From an uncultured Myxococcales bacterium (GTDB taxonomy: Bacteria; Myxococcota; UBA4151), in assembly GCA_964013405.1 (NCBI GenBank), contig CAXGWI010000002.1:1-64000 (forward strand): 64,000 nucleotides of DNA, read 5' to 3'. Shown here piece after piece: positions 1-10,011 of this stretch (the stretch's first letter is position 1; the number at the start of each line of letters is the position of its first letter). The notes under the pieces were generated by a model. That model was not told the DNA's origin. It ran no database searches and saw only the letters and a list, made by a program, of their open reading frames with translations. A program made the translations under genes and the position numbers.

Positions 1-2
1 AA

Positions 3-1835
3 GACCAGAACTACCCCGACGCATTCAAGGCGGCGAACGAAGCCCTTGAGGCTGCCAGCGCGACCAACACAGCCCGAGACATCTTCTATGCGGCTGGCAA
101 CCTCTTTCGCTTTGCTGAGGAACGGGTCCAGGCCCATGACGACGCACTCCGTTCTGAGTTGGAGGCCTTGATTGCCAAGGAAGGCGCTCCCCTCGCAAGG
201 TTATGCCATTGGTCCGTGTGGCGAGAATTGCCGGATGGTGATGACTTGCGACAAAAGTTTCTGGCCGTGTCTGAACAGCCGAATGAAAACAAGGGCGACC
301 CTTACCTCATCGGCGAAGGGGCTTGTCCAGATCAACCTGGCTACCTTGCACTCAAGGAAACCGATGCGAAGACGCCCTATGGTCGCTTCTGTCGGCGCGT
401 TTTGGCGGCGCAGATTCGTGCCTATCGAGGTCGAGGGGGGCAGGGAAATCGAGAGCGGATCCGGTTTCTCTCCAATTATCTCATCGAGAACACGCTCCGT
501 GACGATATGTTCGCCGACCAGCAAGGGGGCGACGCTTACCTATACGACGCGCTGCGGGCCAACCTTCGGGAGACCTTCGAGGAGAAGCAGGTCGATGAGT
601 TGTTGGAGATGCTCCAGAAAACGCAGCAGTGGCACGAACGGTTGAAGCCCTTTGAGACCAAGAGCCCGATGGGCAAGCTCTGCCTTGAAGTGGTCAAACT
701 GTATGCTGCGCTCGCGTTGAACTTCCTTCAATCCGACGAGAAAGAGACCCAGGGCTGTGGTTATCGTCGTCTTGTACATCAGGGGGACCGTTTACTCGGT
801 CTGTGGGGCGAGAGCCCCTCGGGGGGATCGACTGGGGAGCAGGGAGTGGGGACCCACGAGGACGAAGGCGTTCGTCGTCACCGGCGGCTGCTTTCCCGGG
901 TCTTACGGGAAACCGTTCTGATCCTTGAGCGTTTTGATAGCGATCAAGACGATTGGGTGAAGCAGGTCCGCAGCTGGATTCAAGCAGCCGTGGAGCATGG
1001 TCACCTCCCTGAAAATGGGGGCGAAGATGTAAACAGCCTGGACCCGATGGCCCTGCGGAGCTGGTTGCTGGATTACGCTGAGGTCCTTGCAAACAGCGGT
1101 GGCGCCCCTGTGGCCGTCGCCGAGATCAACATTCAGCGGGCCGATCAAAAGATCTGGAAACTGCAGCGACGGCTGGATGGCGAAGCCACTGGCGATGAAG
1201 CCAGCGCCCAAGAAACCCGAGAACTCATCCGGAGGGCCTACGAAGCCTATGAACAGGCCGGTGAGGTTTTAGAGCGGAACCGTTACGAGAGCTTCCGCTC
1301 CAAACTCCGTAACACCTTCGCCAACATCAGTTGGCGTGAGGCCATGATGAAAACTGAGCAGGACCAACTGGGACGTTCAGAGGAACTTCTGAAAGCCTAT
1401 GATCGCGCCCAGCGGGCTTACGACATGGCCTGCGAGTGGGAGCGGGAGCGGGACCTGATCTATGCTGCCATCACCCTGCTCCGCTTTCGGCGCGACTATG
1501 TGAAGCGTGAGAAGCTTTTCGAGCCGAAGGACCAAAAGTTGTTTGAGGGAAAATGGGAAAAGACCTGCAACAGCTTCCAGGCTAAATCGCCCAGCGATGA
1601 AAACTGGAAGGGATCCGTCCTCTCCTCGGAGTCGATTTGGCGTGAAGTTGTGCCGAAAGATGATCACCTGAGCTTGGATTTGAAGAAGAAAATGGATGAG
1701 GCTGGGTGTACATCCGATGAATGGAGTAAATGGATTCATGGAAAGATCGCTCGTGGCCGAGATTTGCAGACGATGATCGAAGAGACCCCTGGCGCGGTAG
1801 AAGCGATGATGTACTGGTCTGACGTGTTGGATTGA
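3..1835 (+). CDS. Hypothetical alpha-helical (TPR-like) protein, 5'-partial
   Basis: The frame of ORF 159..1835 stays open back to the window edge (DQNYPDAFKAANEALEAA...). Helical, A/L/E/R-rich; no catalytic motif recognised. Confidence 0.7.
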   Translation, partial: DQNYPDAFKAANEALEAASATNTARDIFYAAGNLFRFAEERVQAHDDALRSELEALIAKEGAPLARLCHWSVWRELPDGDDLRQKFLAVSEQPNENKGDPYLIGEGACPDQPGYLALKETDAKTPYGRFCRRVLAAQIRAYRGRGGQGNRERIRFLSNYLIENTLRDDMFADQQGGDAYLYDALRANLRETFEEKQVDELLEMLQKTQQWHERLKPFETKSPMGKLCLEVVKLYAALALNFLQSDEKETQGCGYRRLVHQGDRLLGLWGESPSGGSTGEQGVGTHEDEGVRRHRRLLSRVLRETVLILERFDSDQDDWVKQVRSWIQAAVEHGHLPENGGEDVNSLDPMALRSWLLDYAEVLANSGGAPVAVAEINIQRADQKIWKLQRRLDGEATGDEASAQETRELIRRAYEAYEQAGEVLERNRYESFRSKLRNTFANISWREAMMKTEQDQLGRSEELLKAYDRAQRAYDMACEWERERDLIYAAITLLRFRRDYVKREKLFEPKDQKLFEGKWEKTCNSFQAKSPSDENWKGSVLSSESIWREVVPKDDHLSLDLKKKMDEAGCTSDEWSKWIHGKIARGRDLQTMIEETPGAVEAMMYWSDVLD

Positions 1836-1848
1836 AACGGCCGGTCGT

Positions 1849-2676
1849 CTAGGGGACAGCCGGATTCCGATTCCCTTGAATCGCCTGGATGGCTTGGACC
1901 CGCTTACGCTCCCAGGCATCGATGGGATCGGCCTTCGCCCAAGCCTCAAAGAGTTTGCGACGCTTCGCGCCGATGATGCCCCGGCCCGGATAGGCCTTGT
2001 CCATGTAGAAATAGGTACGGGCGATATCACCACGAACCGAGGGCCTCGGCTCGATCTTGCGCTCGCGAATCTCCACATCACAGGCGCCGTATTCCCGTTC
2101 TTCGCCTTCGAGTTCGGCCATCGAGTAGTTCGAGCGATCCGCATTCACCTCGCCGATGGCCGGCTGCAGGTTGTATAAGTCCGCTTCCATGCGGCGAAAG
2201 GCCGCCGAGACTTTGCGGACACATCGGCGGCCCTTATAGGCTTTGCCTTTCGTGTTGACGCAACTGGGGTGACCTTGGCGCCATTCGGGAAAGGACTGGC
2301 CAAAGGCATGGGCGGGCACCACATGCTCCCATTCGATGCGGCGGGCCCGCTTGCTGTTGGCCCGCGGGATATAGCCGCAGGAGGCCCAGTCGATGCGTCC
2401 ATCAGCCTCAAAACTGCAGCCGCAGTAGAAGCTCGTTCGCTGATCCCGGAAGACCGTCGCCATGGCTCTCTTGGCCCGTGCGAAGCCTTCGATCTTCTCA
2501 TTACCCCCATGGCTTGCCGCTGAAGATTTCCCCGGCTGTTGCTGGCGACGGGGCTGTTTCTGCTCTGCTTTATTGGGGGTGCTTGCCGGTCTTGATTTGG
2601 CCGGTTTTGGTGGCCCGGATGGGCTGCTGCAGCCGGCGATCAATGCGGCGGTGAGGAGCGGGCGGTGCCAAGCCAT
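1849..2676 (-). CDS. endA: Endonuclease I (EndA/Dns family) lipoprotein
   Basis: Motifs SFYCGC, RIEWEHVVPA, MEADLYNLQPAIGEVNADRSNY and RGDIARTYFYM; lipobox LIAGC. Confidence 0.93.
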   Translation of the reverse strand: MAWHRPLLTAALIAGCSSPSGPPKPAKSRPASTPNKAEQKQPRRQQQPGKSSAASHGGNEKIEGFARAKRAMATVFRDQRTSFYCGCSFEADGRIDWASCGYIPRANSKRARRIEWEHVVPAHAFGQSFPEWRQGHPSCVNTKGKAYKGRRCVRKVSAAFRRMEADLYNLQPAIGEVNADRSNYSMAELEGEEREYGACDVEIRERKIEPRPSVRGDIARTYFYMDKAYPGRGIIGAKRRKLFEAWAKADPIDAWERKRVQAIQAIQGNRNPAVP

Positions 2677-2679
2677 CGT

Positions 2680-3885
2680 CTATGGGTCTCCTTGACCGTG
2701 GGCTAACCAGCGGATCAGCCACATCAGCACCGGGGGAGGAAGGGCGCCGTCGGTGACTCCCCGTACCCGCCCCTCGGGGTCGTAGAGAAGCCCCCTTGAT
2801 TGGTGCCATGGCTCGCCCGTCTCTGCGGCAAAGAACACCCGAGTCTGGCCTCGCCATGATCCGGCCCGGGGCGGACTCAGTTGGCCGATGACCGGCCGGC
2901 CGCCGCTATGGGCTTCGCCCCAGTCATCTTCCAAATAGGTGATCTCCTCCATGGGCACTGGGTCAGGTCCGAACCACAGGGCAAAGGAGACGGGGGCGTC
3001 GTGATCTTTGAGGGTCAACTCCGCCTTCGCGGCGTCGTAGGTGGCCAGTAACTGATGCTCTGGCGTGGTCAGGCCGATGATCGGCGGTGTTTCACCCAGC
3101 TCTGCCAAGACTTGAGAAAGGGACCAGCGGCTCTCCATCACGTAATCCGTTAAGTCCACGAGCCAGGCGGCGGAAGCCCGCTGGGAGGGATGATCCAAGA
3201 TACGAGGGGTTTGGCTGCGAGAGTATTCGAGTAATGTGCCATCCTTGATCAAGTGTCGTTGATCAGACTGACCGCAGTCGATGCAAAAGCCATCGATGTG
3301 ATGGCGACCCGAGAGGGGGCTCCCCGCCAGGCGGATGAGACGAAACCGGCCACCGCAGGACTGACAGCGAGTGGTCATTTTCTCCTCGGACCAGGCCTGG
3401 AGGAGCTCACCGAGGGAGAAGGCTTTGGCGCCCAAGTAGGCGAGGACGATGGCGGCGTCGCCAATCTGTGCCTCGGTCCAAGCGGGCCGTTCTAAAGACC
3501 CGTGAAAGGCCGCCATCAGGGGATGGTAGAAGCGCTCAAGGAGTTTGAAGTCAGCACGATGGCCGGCTTCGCCTCGCCGCAGCAGGGCCAGTTGCCGATC
3601 CCGGTCCCGTTGTCGCTCCTTAGCGTCCTGGTCCCGCAGGTTGAGCAGATCCATGATGGCTAGATCGAGGACCTGGCCGAGGAGGACCAGTCTCTCCTCC
3701 GGGGGAAGTTTTTCACCCCGTTCCCAGCGCTGGATTTGCTGCCCGCCGCGGCTCGGGTTTCGGTAGCCCATCGCCCGAGCCAAGGCCCCTAGGCTCAAGG
3801 CCTTTTGGCGTCGGGCGTAGGCGAGAACGTCCCCCAACTGGCGACCCATGGTCGGCTCGGGGACCTCGTCTTCGAAGGTTTCCAT
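2680..3885 (-). CDS. XRE-family HTH protein with a central CxxC...CxxC (zinc-ribbon-like) region and an unknown C-terminal domain
   Basis: ARRQKALSLGALARAMG...IQRWERGEKLP is a Cro/C1-type HTH; CQSC and CIDC pairs. Start placed at ATG 3885 after a GGGAG RBS. Confidence 0.7.
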   Translation of the reverse strand: METFEDEVPEPTMGRQLGDVLAYARRQKALSLGALARAMGYRNPSRGGQQIQRWERGEKLPPEERLVLLGQVLDLAIMDLLNLRDQDAKERQRDRDRQLALLRRGEAGHRADFKLLERFYHPLMAAFHGSLERPAWTEAQIGDAAIVLAYLGAKAFSLGELLQAWSEEKMTTRCQSCGGRFRLIRLAGSPLSGRHHIDGFCIDCGQSDQRHLIKDGTLLEYSRSQTPRILDHPSQRASAAWLVDLTDYVMESRWSLSQVLAELGETPPIIGLTTPEHQLLATYDAAKAELTLKDHDAPVSFALWFGPDPVPMEEITYLEDDWGEAHSGGRPVIGQLSPPRAGSWRGQTRVFFAAETGEPWHQSRGLLYDPEGRVRGVTDGALPPPVLMWLIRWLAHGQGDP

Positions 3886-4109
3886 ATCAACTCCCGTTGC
3901 TCGTTGATCGAGCCACATCATCACCCGGTCGGGCTGCATCGTTTGGGCACCTTGGCGGGCCAGGTTGCCGGGTGGTCAACGGGGGATGCACCCCTCACAC
4001 CCTCTGGATGGTTCCGAGTCCAACAACGACCTATCCTCGGACTTATTCCCCAGAAGTCAATGGTGTGCTCCCGGGTGACAGGGAGCGTGGCTTTGGCTAG
4101 GAGCCTGCC

Positions 4110-5210
4110 ATGAGACGACCCGGATTCATTCAGGGCCAAGCAGCCCTTGCCAGTCGCTGTACCCTCGCTGTGGGCGGCGATGCCGAATTTTTGGCCCGGG
4201 CCAGCAGTGTCGATCAGGCCCGTGACGCCCTGCAGTGGGCCCGGGAGCAGGCTCAGCCCGTGACGATTCTCGGCGGTGGGAGCAACTGCTTGGTGGCCGA
4301 CGAAGGGTTGGATGGGATGGTCCTTCAGTTCCTGCCGGCCCAGCGCCGCACCATCGATCGCCAAGGCGATCATGTGCACATCGGCGTCGCTGCCGGTCAC
4401 GATTGGGATCGCTTGGTGGAGTGGTCCGTGAAGCAGGGGCTCTGTGGTATTGAGTGCCTGTCGGGAATCCCCGGCCTGGTCGGGGCCGCGCCCATGCAGA
4501 ATATCGGCGCTTACGGGCAGCAATTGGACAGCGTCCTCGAGGCGGTGACCGTCCTCGATGTGGCCACCGGACTGGAGGAGCGAATTCCCCGGGGTGATCT
4601 GGGGCTCGGCTACCGCAGCAGCCATCTCAAGGGGGAGTGGGCCGGGCGCTTTCTCGTCCTCGAAGTGGAGTTGATGTTGCGAACGGGCCGCCCCGATCAA
4701 GCCCGCTACGGGCAACTACAGGAGGCCCTCGCCGCCCATCCTGAGCCGAGCTTGGCCCAGCTGCGTGATGCGGTGCTTGGGCTCCGGCGCAGCAAGTCCA
4801 TGGTCTATGACCGGACCGACCCCAATCACCGCAGCGCGGGGTCGTTCTTTATGAACCCCCGCCTCATCGACGAAGACCTCCTCGCCCTTGAGGGGGCTTT
4901 GGCAGACCACGGTGCCGACCCTGAAGCCTTACCCCGCTATCCCGATGGCGATCGCTGGAAGGTCCCCGCGGCCTGGTTGATCGAAGCGGCTGGCTTCAAA
5001 AAGGGCTTAGAGCGGGGCCCCGTCGGCTTGTCCTCGAATCACAGCCTGGCCCTCATCAATCGGGGGCGCGCCCGGGCCCAGGACTTGATCAACTTGGCCC
5101 GGGAGATTCACCAGGGCGTCGCTGAGCGCTTTGGGGTTCGCCTCTGGCCAGAGCCGGTGTTTTTAGGTTTCGAGGACAGCGTAGAAGATTTGTTGGAGGC
5201 CCCTAAATGA
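4110..5210 (+). CDS. murB: UDP-N-acetylenolpyruvoylglucosamine reductase
   Basis: LGGGSN, GIPGLVGAAPMQNIGAYG, GYRSS, SAGSFFMNP, AAWLIE and HSLALIN motifs. Confidence 0.96.
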   Translation: MRRPGFIQGQAALASRCTLAVGGDAEFLARASSVDQARDALQWAREQAQPVTILGGGSNCLVADEGLDGMVLQFLPAQRRTIDRQGDHVHIGVAAGHDWDRLVEWSVKQGLCGIECLSGIPGLVGAAPMQNIGAYGQQLDSVLEAVTVLDVATGLEERIPRGDLGLGYRSSHLKGEWAGRFLVLEVELMLRTGRPDQARYGQLQEALAAHPEPSLAQLRDAVLGLRRSKSMVYDRTDPNHRSAGSFFMNPRLIDEDLLALEGALADHGADPEALPRYPDGDRWKVPAAWLIEAAGFKKGLERGPVGLSSNHSLALINRGRARAQDLINLAREIHQGVAERFGVRLWPEPVFLGFEDSVEDLLEAPK

Positions 5211-5881
5211 GCGAACTACTTGCCTGTGTCGAGGTGGGACCAGGTCCCGATGAGCCTGCTGAGGGGAGCGTGATTTGGCTCCATGGTTTGGGGGCCAGCG
5301 GGCATGACTTCGAGCCCGTCGTTCCCCATCTTGGGCTTCCGCAGACGCGCTTCGTGTTCCCCCACGCCCCCCAGCGACCGGTGACCATCAACATGGGGAT
5401 GGTCATGCCCGCTTGGTACGACATCCTTAGCATGGCGGGCAGCGGTGGTATTCGGGAGCCGATCGAACATGTCCGAGCCTCCCAGGCCCAAGTGGAGGCG
5501 CTGATCCAGCGGGAACGAGATCGAGGTACCGCCCCCGAGCGCATCGTGGTCGCTGGCTTTTCCCAAGGGGGCGCGATCGCCAACTGGGTCGGGCTCCGTT
5601 ATCCCGATCAACTCGCTGGCATCATGGTGCTCTCGGCCTATGAACTGTTTCCCGAGACCTTGGCTGGGGAAGCCAGCCCGGCAAACGCTCAGACCCCCAT
5701 GCTCTTTTGTCACGGCAGCCTTGATCCCATGGTCAAGATGGCCTGGGGGCGGGAGGGCTATGAACGGCGGGCAGCCGAGGACCGATTGGTCGCATGGCAT
5801 GATTGGCCTATGGGTCATCAAGTCTGTCTCGAAGAGATTGAAGTCATTGGGGCCTGGCTAAGGGACCGATTGTCAGCCTAG
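5207..5881 (+). CDS. Phospholipase/carboxylesterase (alpha/beta hydrolase)
   Basis: IWLHGLGA, MPAWYDI, GFSQGG nucleophile elbow, HGSLDPMV and MGHQVC; ATGA overlap with murB. Confidence 0.93.
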   Translation: MSELLACVEVGPGPDEPAEGSVIWLHGLGASGHDFEPVVPHLGLPQTRFVFPHAPQRPVTINMGMVMPAWYDILSMAGSGGIREPIEHVRASQAQVEALIQRERDRGTAPERIVVAGFSQGGAIANWVGLRYPDQLAGIMVLSAYELFPETLAGEASPANAQTPMLFCHGSLDPMVKMAWGREGYERRAAEDRLVAWHDWPMGHQVCLEEIEVIGAWLRDRLSA

Positions 5882-5926
5882 GTTTCATAGCCTAGGCAGA
5901 AGACTGCGTACCCGCTGGAGTTCCTC

Positions 5927-6109
5927 ATGCGCTTTTGGTTGATTGCTTGCTTCTCGTGGTCGTTGGCCGCTTGTGCGACGACCCCTGCCGCGAAGTGTTG
6001 CGGAGCCTGTGCGACGAAGAAAGCCGAAAAGAAGAAGGCATGCTGCGCTGGCGCCGATGGGGCGAAGGGGTGCAAGGGATGCGCCGGAAAAGCAGCGAAG
6101 AAGAAGTGA
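5927..6109 (+). CDS. Small Cys/Lys-rich lipoprotein (metallothionein-like composition)
   Basis: GGAG RBS upstream, signal ending LAAC, mature part with CC, CxxC and Lys runs. Confidence 0.65.
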   Translation: MRFWLIACFSWSLAACATTPAAKCCGACATKKAEKKKACCAGADGAKGCKGCAGKAAKKK

Positions 6110-6167
6110 TCTCAGCAGGTAAAGGGTGCCTGACGACCGACGATCAAGTCTGCAAGCAGCCTTTCGT

Positions 6168-7037
6168 TCAGGGCTCGCAGTAGGGGCGTTCACAGCGCCG
6201 GCCGGGACCGCAGTGCCGATCTTCCCGGCAGTAGTTCACACAGACATTGGCATTGGGATGGCAGCCCTGCCCCCGTTCGCAGTCGAGTTCCCGTTCACAG
6301 TAGCCCGGGGGTAGGCAGCGCCGGTAGCGGCGGTTGCAATTCAGGTGATCCGGGCACTCATGGTCCGTCGTGCAAGCGCCGCTACGGGGAATGCACTCGC
6401 CGGTGCCCACTTCGCAGATCTGGTCCTCGTCACAGTCTCGATCGTCGTCACAGGCGAGGGCCGGATCGCAGAGGCCTGATCCTTCGTTGCAGCGGGTGCG
6501 CACAGGGCAGGTGCCGCCGGGGCCACAGCGGATCCCCTCTTCGGCCGTACCGCAGAAAGCCCAACTGGCGATCTCACGGTGACGCTTGCATTGGGTGCCA
6601 GGGGGACAGTCTTGGGCCTCAAGATCGCAGGGTTGTAGGCAAACGCCGACGTTGGCGCAGCGGGTGCTATCGGGGCAGTGGTCATCGGCTTCACAGACGC
6701 TGAGGCAGATGCCGTTGTACTCGTCGCAATAGGCCCCTTCGTGGCAATCGTCATCGCCCCGGCAGCCATAGAGGCGGGGGACGCATTCATTGCCCTCACA
6801 GACGAGGCCTTCGTCACAGTCATCGCTATGTTCACAAGCAGGCCCCTGGGTTTCGGCCCGCCGGTCATCGGCGCCGCCGTTGCCGGTCTCGGGATCCACG
6901 GGGGTGTCTAAGCCGCCGTCCGCAGTCGTTGTGGGGTCACCCCGTTGGAGGTCGGGAGCATCCACGAACCCCGGTGCGCAACCGACGAGCAGAAGGGCCA
7001 TTGCCGTGGTGCGGATGGTGAGAGAATGCGGCATCAT
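6168..7037 (-). CDS. Cys-rich repeat lipoprotein (CxxDxxC repeats)
   Basis: Lipobox LLVGC, DGG linker, then tandem C-x2-D-x2-C-x5-C repeats. Confidence 0.8.
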   Translation of the reverse strand: MMPHSLTIRTTAMALLLVGCAPGFVDAPDLQRGDPTTTADGGLDTPVDPETGNGGADDRRAETQGPACEHSDDCDEGLVCEGNECVPRLYGCRGDDDCHEGAYCDEYNGICLSVCEADDHCPDSTRCANVGVCLQPCDLEAQDCPPGTQCKRHREIASWAFCGTAEEGIRCGPGGTCPVRTRCNEGSGLCDPALACDDDRDCDEDQICEVGTGECIPRSGACTTDHECPDHLNCNRRYRRCLPPGYCERELDCERGQGCHPNANVCVNYCREDRHCGPGRRCERPYCEP

Positions 7038-7100
7038 GGGCGGACTATAGCCCAACTCGCCCATTGCGTCCGGTTCTCGAATCCGCTTTCCTGTCTCGCC

Positions 7101-8204
7101 ATGTCCCGCCTCGTCATCCTTAGTCTCGTGATCGCCTGTCGACCCACGCCCTTCGCCGAGGGTCTCGACGGGGGTATGGGGGCGATGGATGCTGCCCCGG
7201 ATGCGGCAGAACCTCGTCTCGATGCAAGCAGAACCGACACCGGCCTAGATGGGGGCACCATGGTCGATGGGGGCGACGCCCCGCCGGATTGCGACTGGCT
7301 TGAAGACTATTTGGGCCTGCGGGAGCAAATCCTCGCCAACCCCCGTCCCGGTCGTCGCCAACTGGCAGCGCCCATTGTTTTGGCCCACGGGGCGTTCGGC
7401 TTCGATCGGGTGGGTGCTCTGGAATATTGGTCTCGGATTCCATCCCACCTTCGCAGTTTGGGCTACGAGGTTTACGTCACCCATGTCGATCCGATTGCGG
7501 GCACGGATGTGCGAGCCCAGCGTTTGGGTGAGCAACTCTATTGCCTCGGGGCAGCCGTAGGTGCCGAACGTTTTCACCTCGTGGGGCACAGCCAAGGGGG
7601 GCTCGATGCCCGCCGGTTGGCCCACGACCCTGCCTTCGGGGCAGCACGGATCGCCAGCATTACGACGGTGGCGACCCCCCACCGAGGCACGACCGCCGCC
7701 GATTTGATGATGGCTCAGGAGGATGGCAGCCCATGGATGAATGCGCTGCTCTCCGTTTATGCCGCGATCACCTCCGCTCCGGTCGAAGCGGTGGATGTGC
7801 GAGCCCAGTTCAGTCAGCTCACCACCGAGCACCTCGAGGCCTTCAATCGGGCCTACCCGGATCTCCCGGGCATCGATTATCGCTCCTGGGCCGGTCGCAG
7901 CGTACCCAATCGATTGCGGCAAGACCGAGGTGAAGCCGAATGCGCCGACGGGGTGTACCCCAATCCGGAGGGCCGAGATGTGGTGGATCCCCTCTTTGGC
8001 TTGTTCTGGCCCCGGATCCAGGAGGTGGAGGGAGCTAACGACGGCCTGGTTTCGGTACGCAGCGCCAAGTGGGGCACCTTTCAGGGCTGTGTCCCCGCCG
8101 ACCACATCGATGAGGTTGGGCTGATCGGCGACCCAGAGCGCCAGCGCTTCAGTGGTTTTGAGTACCTGGTCCTCTTTGAGCGAATTGCAGAGGTCTTGCA
8201 TTAG
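7101..8204 (+). CDS. Triacylglycerol lipase-like lipoprotein (family I lipase type)
   Basis: PIVLAHG, GHSQGG, TPHRGT, NDGLV and DHIDEVG motifs; signal MSRLVILSLVIAC from ATG 7101. Confidence 0.9.
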   Translation: MSRLVILSLVIACRPTPFAEGLDGGMGAMDAAPDAAEPRLDASRTDTGLDGGTMVDGGDAPPDCDWLEDYLGLREQILANPRPGRRQLAAPIVLAHGAFGFDRVGALEYWSRIPSHLRSLGYEVYVTHVDPIAGTDVRAQRLGEQLYCLGAAVGAERFHLVGHSQGGLDARRLAHDPAFGAARIASITTVATPHRGTTAADLMMAQEDGSPWMNALLSVYAAITSAPVEAVDVRAQFSQLTTEHLEAFNRAYPDLPGIDYRSWAGRSVPNRLRQDRGEAECADGVYPNPEGRDVVDPLFGLFWPRIQEVEGANDGLVSVRSAKWGTFQGCVPADHIDEVGLIGDPERQRFSGFEYLVLFERIAEVLH

Positions 8205-8242
8205 CCAGGCGAACCGACCCTGGGCCTCAAGGCGGCTGGGTC

Positions 8243-9487
8243 CTAGTATCGCTCTCTGCCGTTGGTGATGGGCCAGCGCTCATCCCGCCAATGGTAATAG
8301 CCCTCATCGAGGACGCCAACGAACTCGAAGCCACCATCGATCAGGGCCTGAGCCAGGCGTCCGCTGACCGCGTGGGGACAACCGCAGTAGGCGATAATCC
8401 AGGTATCTCGAGGCAAGACCTCCACAGCCTCCTCAACCAATTCATCGTAAAAGGGCAGGGAGATCGCGCCGGAGATGTGACCTACGAGATAATCGCTGGC
8501 CGCCCGGGCATCGGCGAGGATCATCCGCCGCCCCTCTGTCAATTGGTCGTAGACCTGTTGGGCCGGCACATAAAAGGTCCCCTCCCGGGGGGTGAAGCTG
8601 GCCGCTTCGCCATCGGGATTGATCAGCGGGTCGGTCAGATCGGGCTCGAAGGGAGGCGGAGGCTCCCGATTGACCGGCGTCGCCCAACTCCGCAGCAACA
8701 CGACGAGATCGTCGATTTCCTGATCTGTGAGCACCTGTTCGTAGCCGGGCATATCCGTACCCGGTCGTCCCTCGGCAATGGCGTAGCGCAAGAAGCCGTC
8801 GCTGGCGGATTCCAGCAGCCACGAGTTGCTTACCCCCGGTGCCGTGACCCCGCTTCCATCTTCGCCGTGGCAATCGTCGCAGCCCATCTCCAGGTACAGA
8901 TCCCAGCCTCGGTCTCGGTCGCCGGTGATGACCTGTTCATGGAGACCCTCGATCGGATCTGGACGCTCCCAGTGCGCCACATAGGCCATGATATCGCTGA
9001 CATCGATGGCTCGCAGGGGGCCGCCCATCTCCCGCCCCCAGGCACTCATCGGTGTCCCGGGGCGACCATAGATGATGGCCTCTTCCCAGAAGGTCCGCGT
9101 AGCGCTGCGTAGGAAGTTGGGATTACTCAGCGCATTTGCGTTGTCACTGCGGTAACCTTCTCCTTGATAGCCGTGGCAGAATCCACAGTAGTATCGGTAG
9201 ATGCGCTCGCCATAATACGCTGCCGTTCCCCGCTCAAAGCCCGCATCCACTGCGGCATCTGTGGGCCCTGCGTCGAGCATACCACCGCCATCCACGGACC
9301 CGCCACCATCGGGTCCTGAGTCTGGGCTGTGCAGGACATCTGTGGGCCCTGCATCAAAGGGTGTTGTGGTGTCTGGCCTGGGGCCTGCGTCCGTGATGGG
9401 CGGAAGACCTGCGTCGGGTTCAAGGGGGGGGGGAAACTCCGCTGGGCACGCGGCCAAAAGGGCAAGGGCAACGAAGCTCGACCTCAT
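8243..9487 (-). CDS. Diheme c-type cytochrome fused to a C-terminal rhodanese domain, lipoprotein
   Basis: CGFCH and CDDCH heme motifs each followed by GTxM; rhodanese DAR...GHISGA...YCGCPH; lipobox LAAC. Confidence 0.88.
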   Translation of the reverse strand: MRSSFVALALLAACPAEFPPPLEPDAGLPPITDAGPRPDTTTPFDAGPTDVLHSPDSGPDGGGSVDGGGMLDAGPTDAAVDAGFERGTAAYYGERIYRYYCGFCHGYQGEGYRSDNANALSNPNFLRSATRTFWEEAIIYGRPGTPMSAWGREMGGPLRAIDVSDIMAYVAHWERPDPIEGLHEQVITGDRDRGWDLYLEMGCDDCHGEDGSGVTAPGVSNSWLLESASDGFLRYAIAEGRPGTDMPGYEQVLTDQEIDDLVVLLRSWATPVNREPPPPFEPDLTDPLINPDGEAASFTPREGTFYVPAQQVYDQLTEGRRMILADARAASDYLVGHISGAISLPFYDELVEEAVEVLPRDTWIIAYCGCPHAVSGRLAQALIDGGFEFVGVLDEGYYHWRDERWPITNGRERY

Positions 9488-9530
9488 CTTCTGGCCTCCG
9501 GGGCTATCCTAGTCTGAGGTGGCGGCCCCA

Positions 9531-9911
9531 TCAAGGCACGGTCGCCATGCTGCCGTCGTCCCAAAAAGCACGCATGCTGGAAAACCGGCCGCTGTCATCG
9601 AAACAGAAGTGGTCGACGATCCGGACCGCCATGCCCATGCCGCCCTGAGTCGAGCGCATCGTGAAATCAGCAAGACATTCATTTCCGCAACAGGTCACTC
9701 GATGCAATTCACCCTGCATATCCAAGCCGAGCCCGGTGACCCGGTCCCAGAAGGCCCCCAGGGCCTCGTGTCCCTGATGGACCGGACTTCCCACCGGGTC
9801 CTCCAGGGTGGCGTCGGTGGAAAAGAGAGAGAGGAAGAGTGATTTGTCCTTCTCTTCCCAGGCTCGCAGATAGGTCTCGACGGCCTGGCGCATTTGCTCA
9901 TTTTGACTCAT
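9531..9911 (-). CDS. NTF2/SnoaL-like protein (ketosteroid-isomerase-like)
   Basis: LFSTDATLEDPVGS..HQG, VDHFCFDDSGRFSSMRAFW; ATG 9911 with GGGAGAGG RBS. Confidence 0.85.
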   Translation of the reverse strand: MSQNEQMRQAVETYLRAWEEKDKSLFLSLFSTDATLEDPVGSPVHQGHEALGAFWDRVTGLGLDMQGELHRVTCCGNECLADFTMRSTQGGMGMAVRIVDHFCFDDSGRFSSMRAFWDDGSMATVP

Positions 9912-10011
9912 GAGTGTTCCTCTCCCATGGGGAGACCATGGGTGAGGAACTTGCCGAAGGCAAGCGAGGCTCCTAGCCTGGGTCAGCCTCGCAATGAGGG
10001 TCGATAGGATC

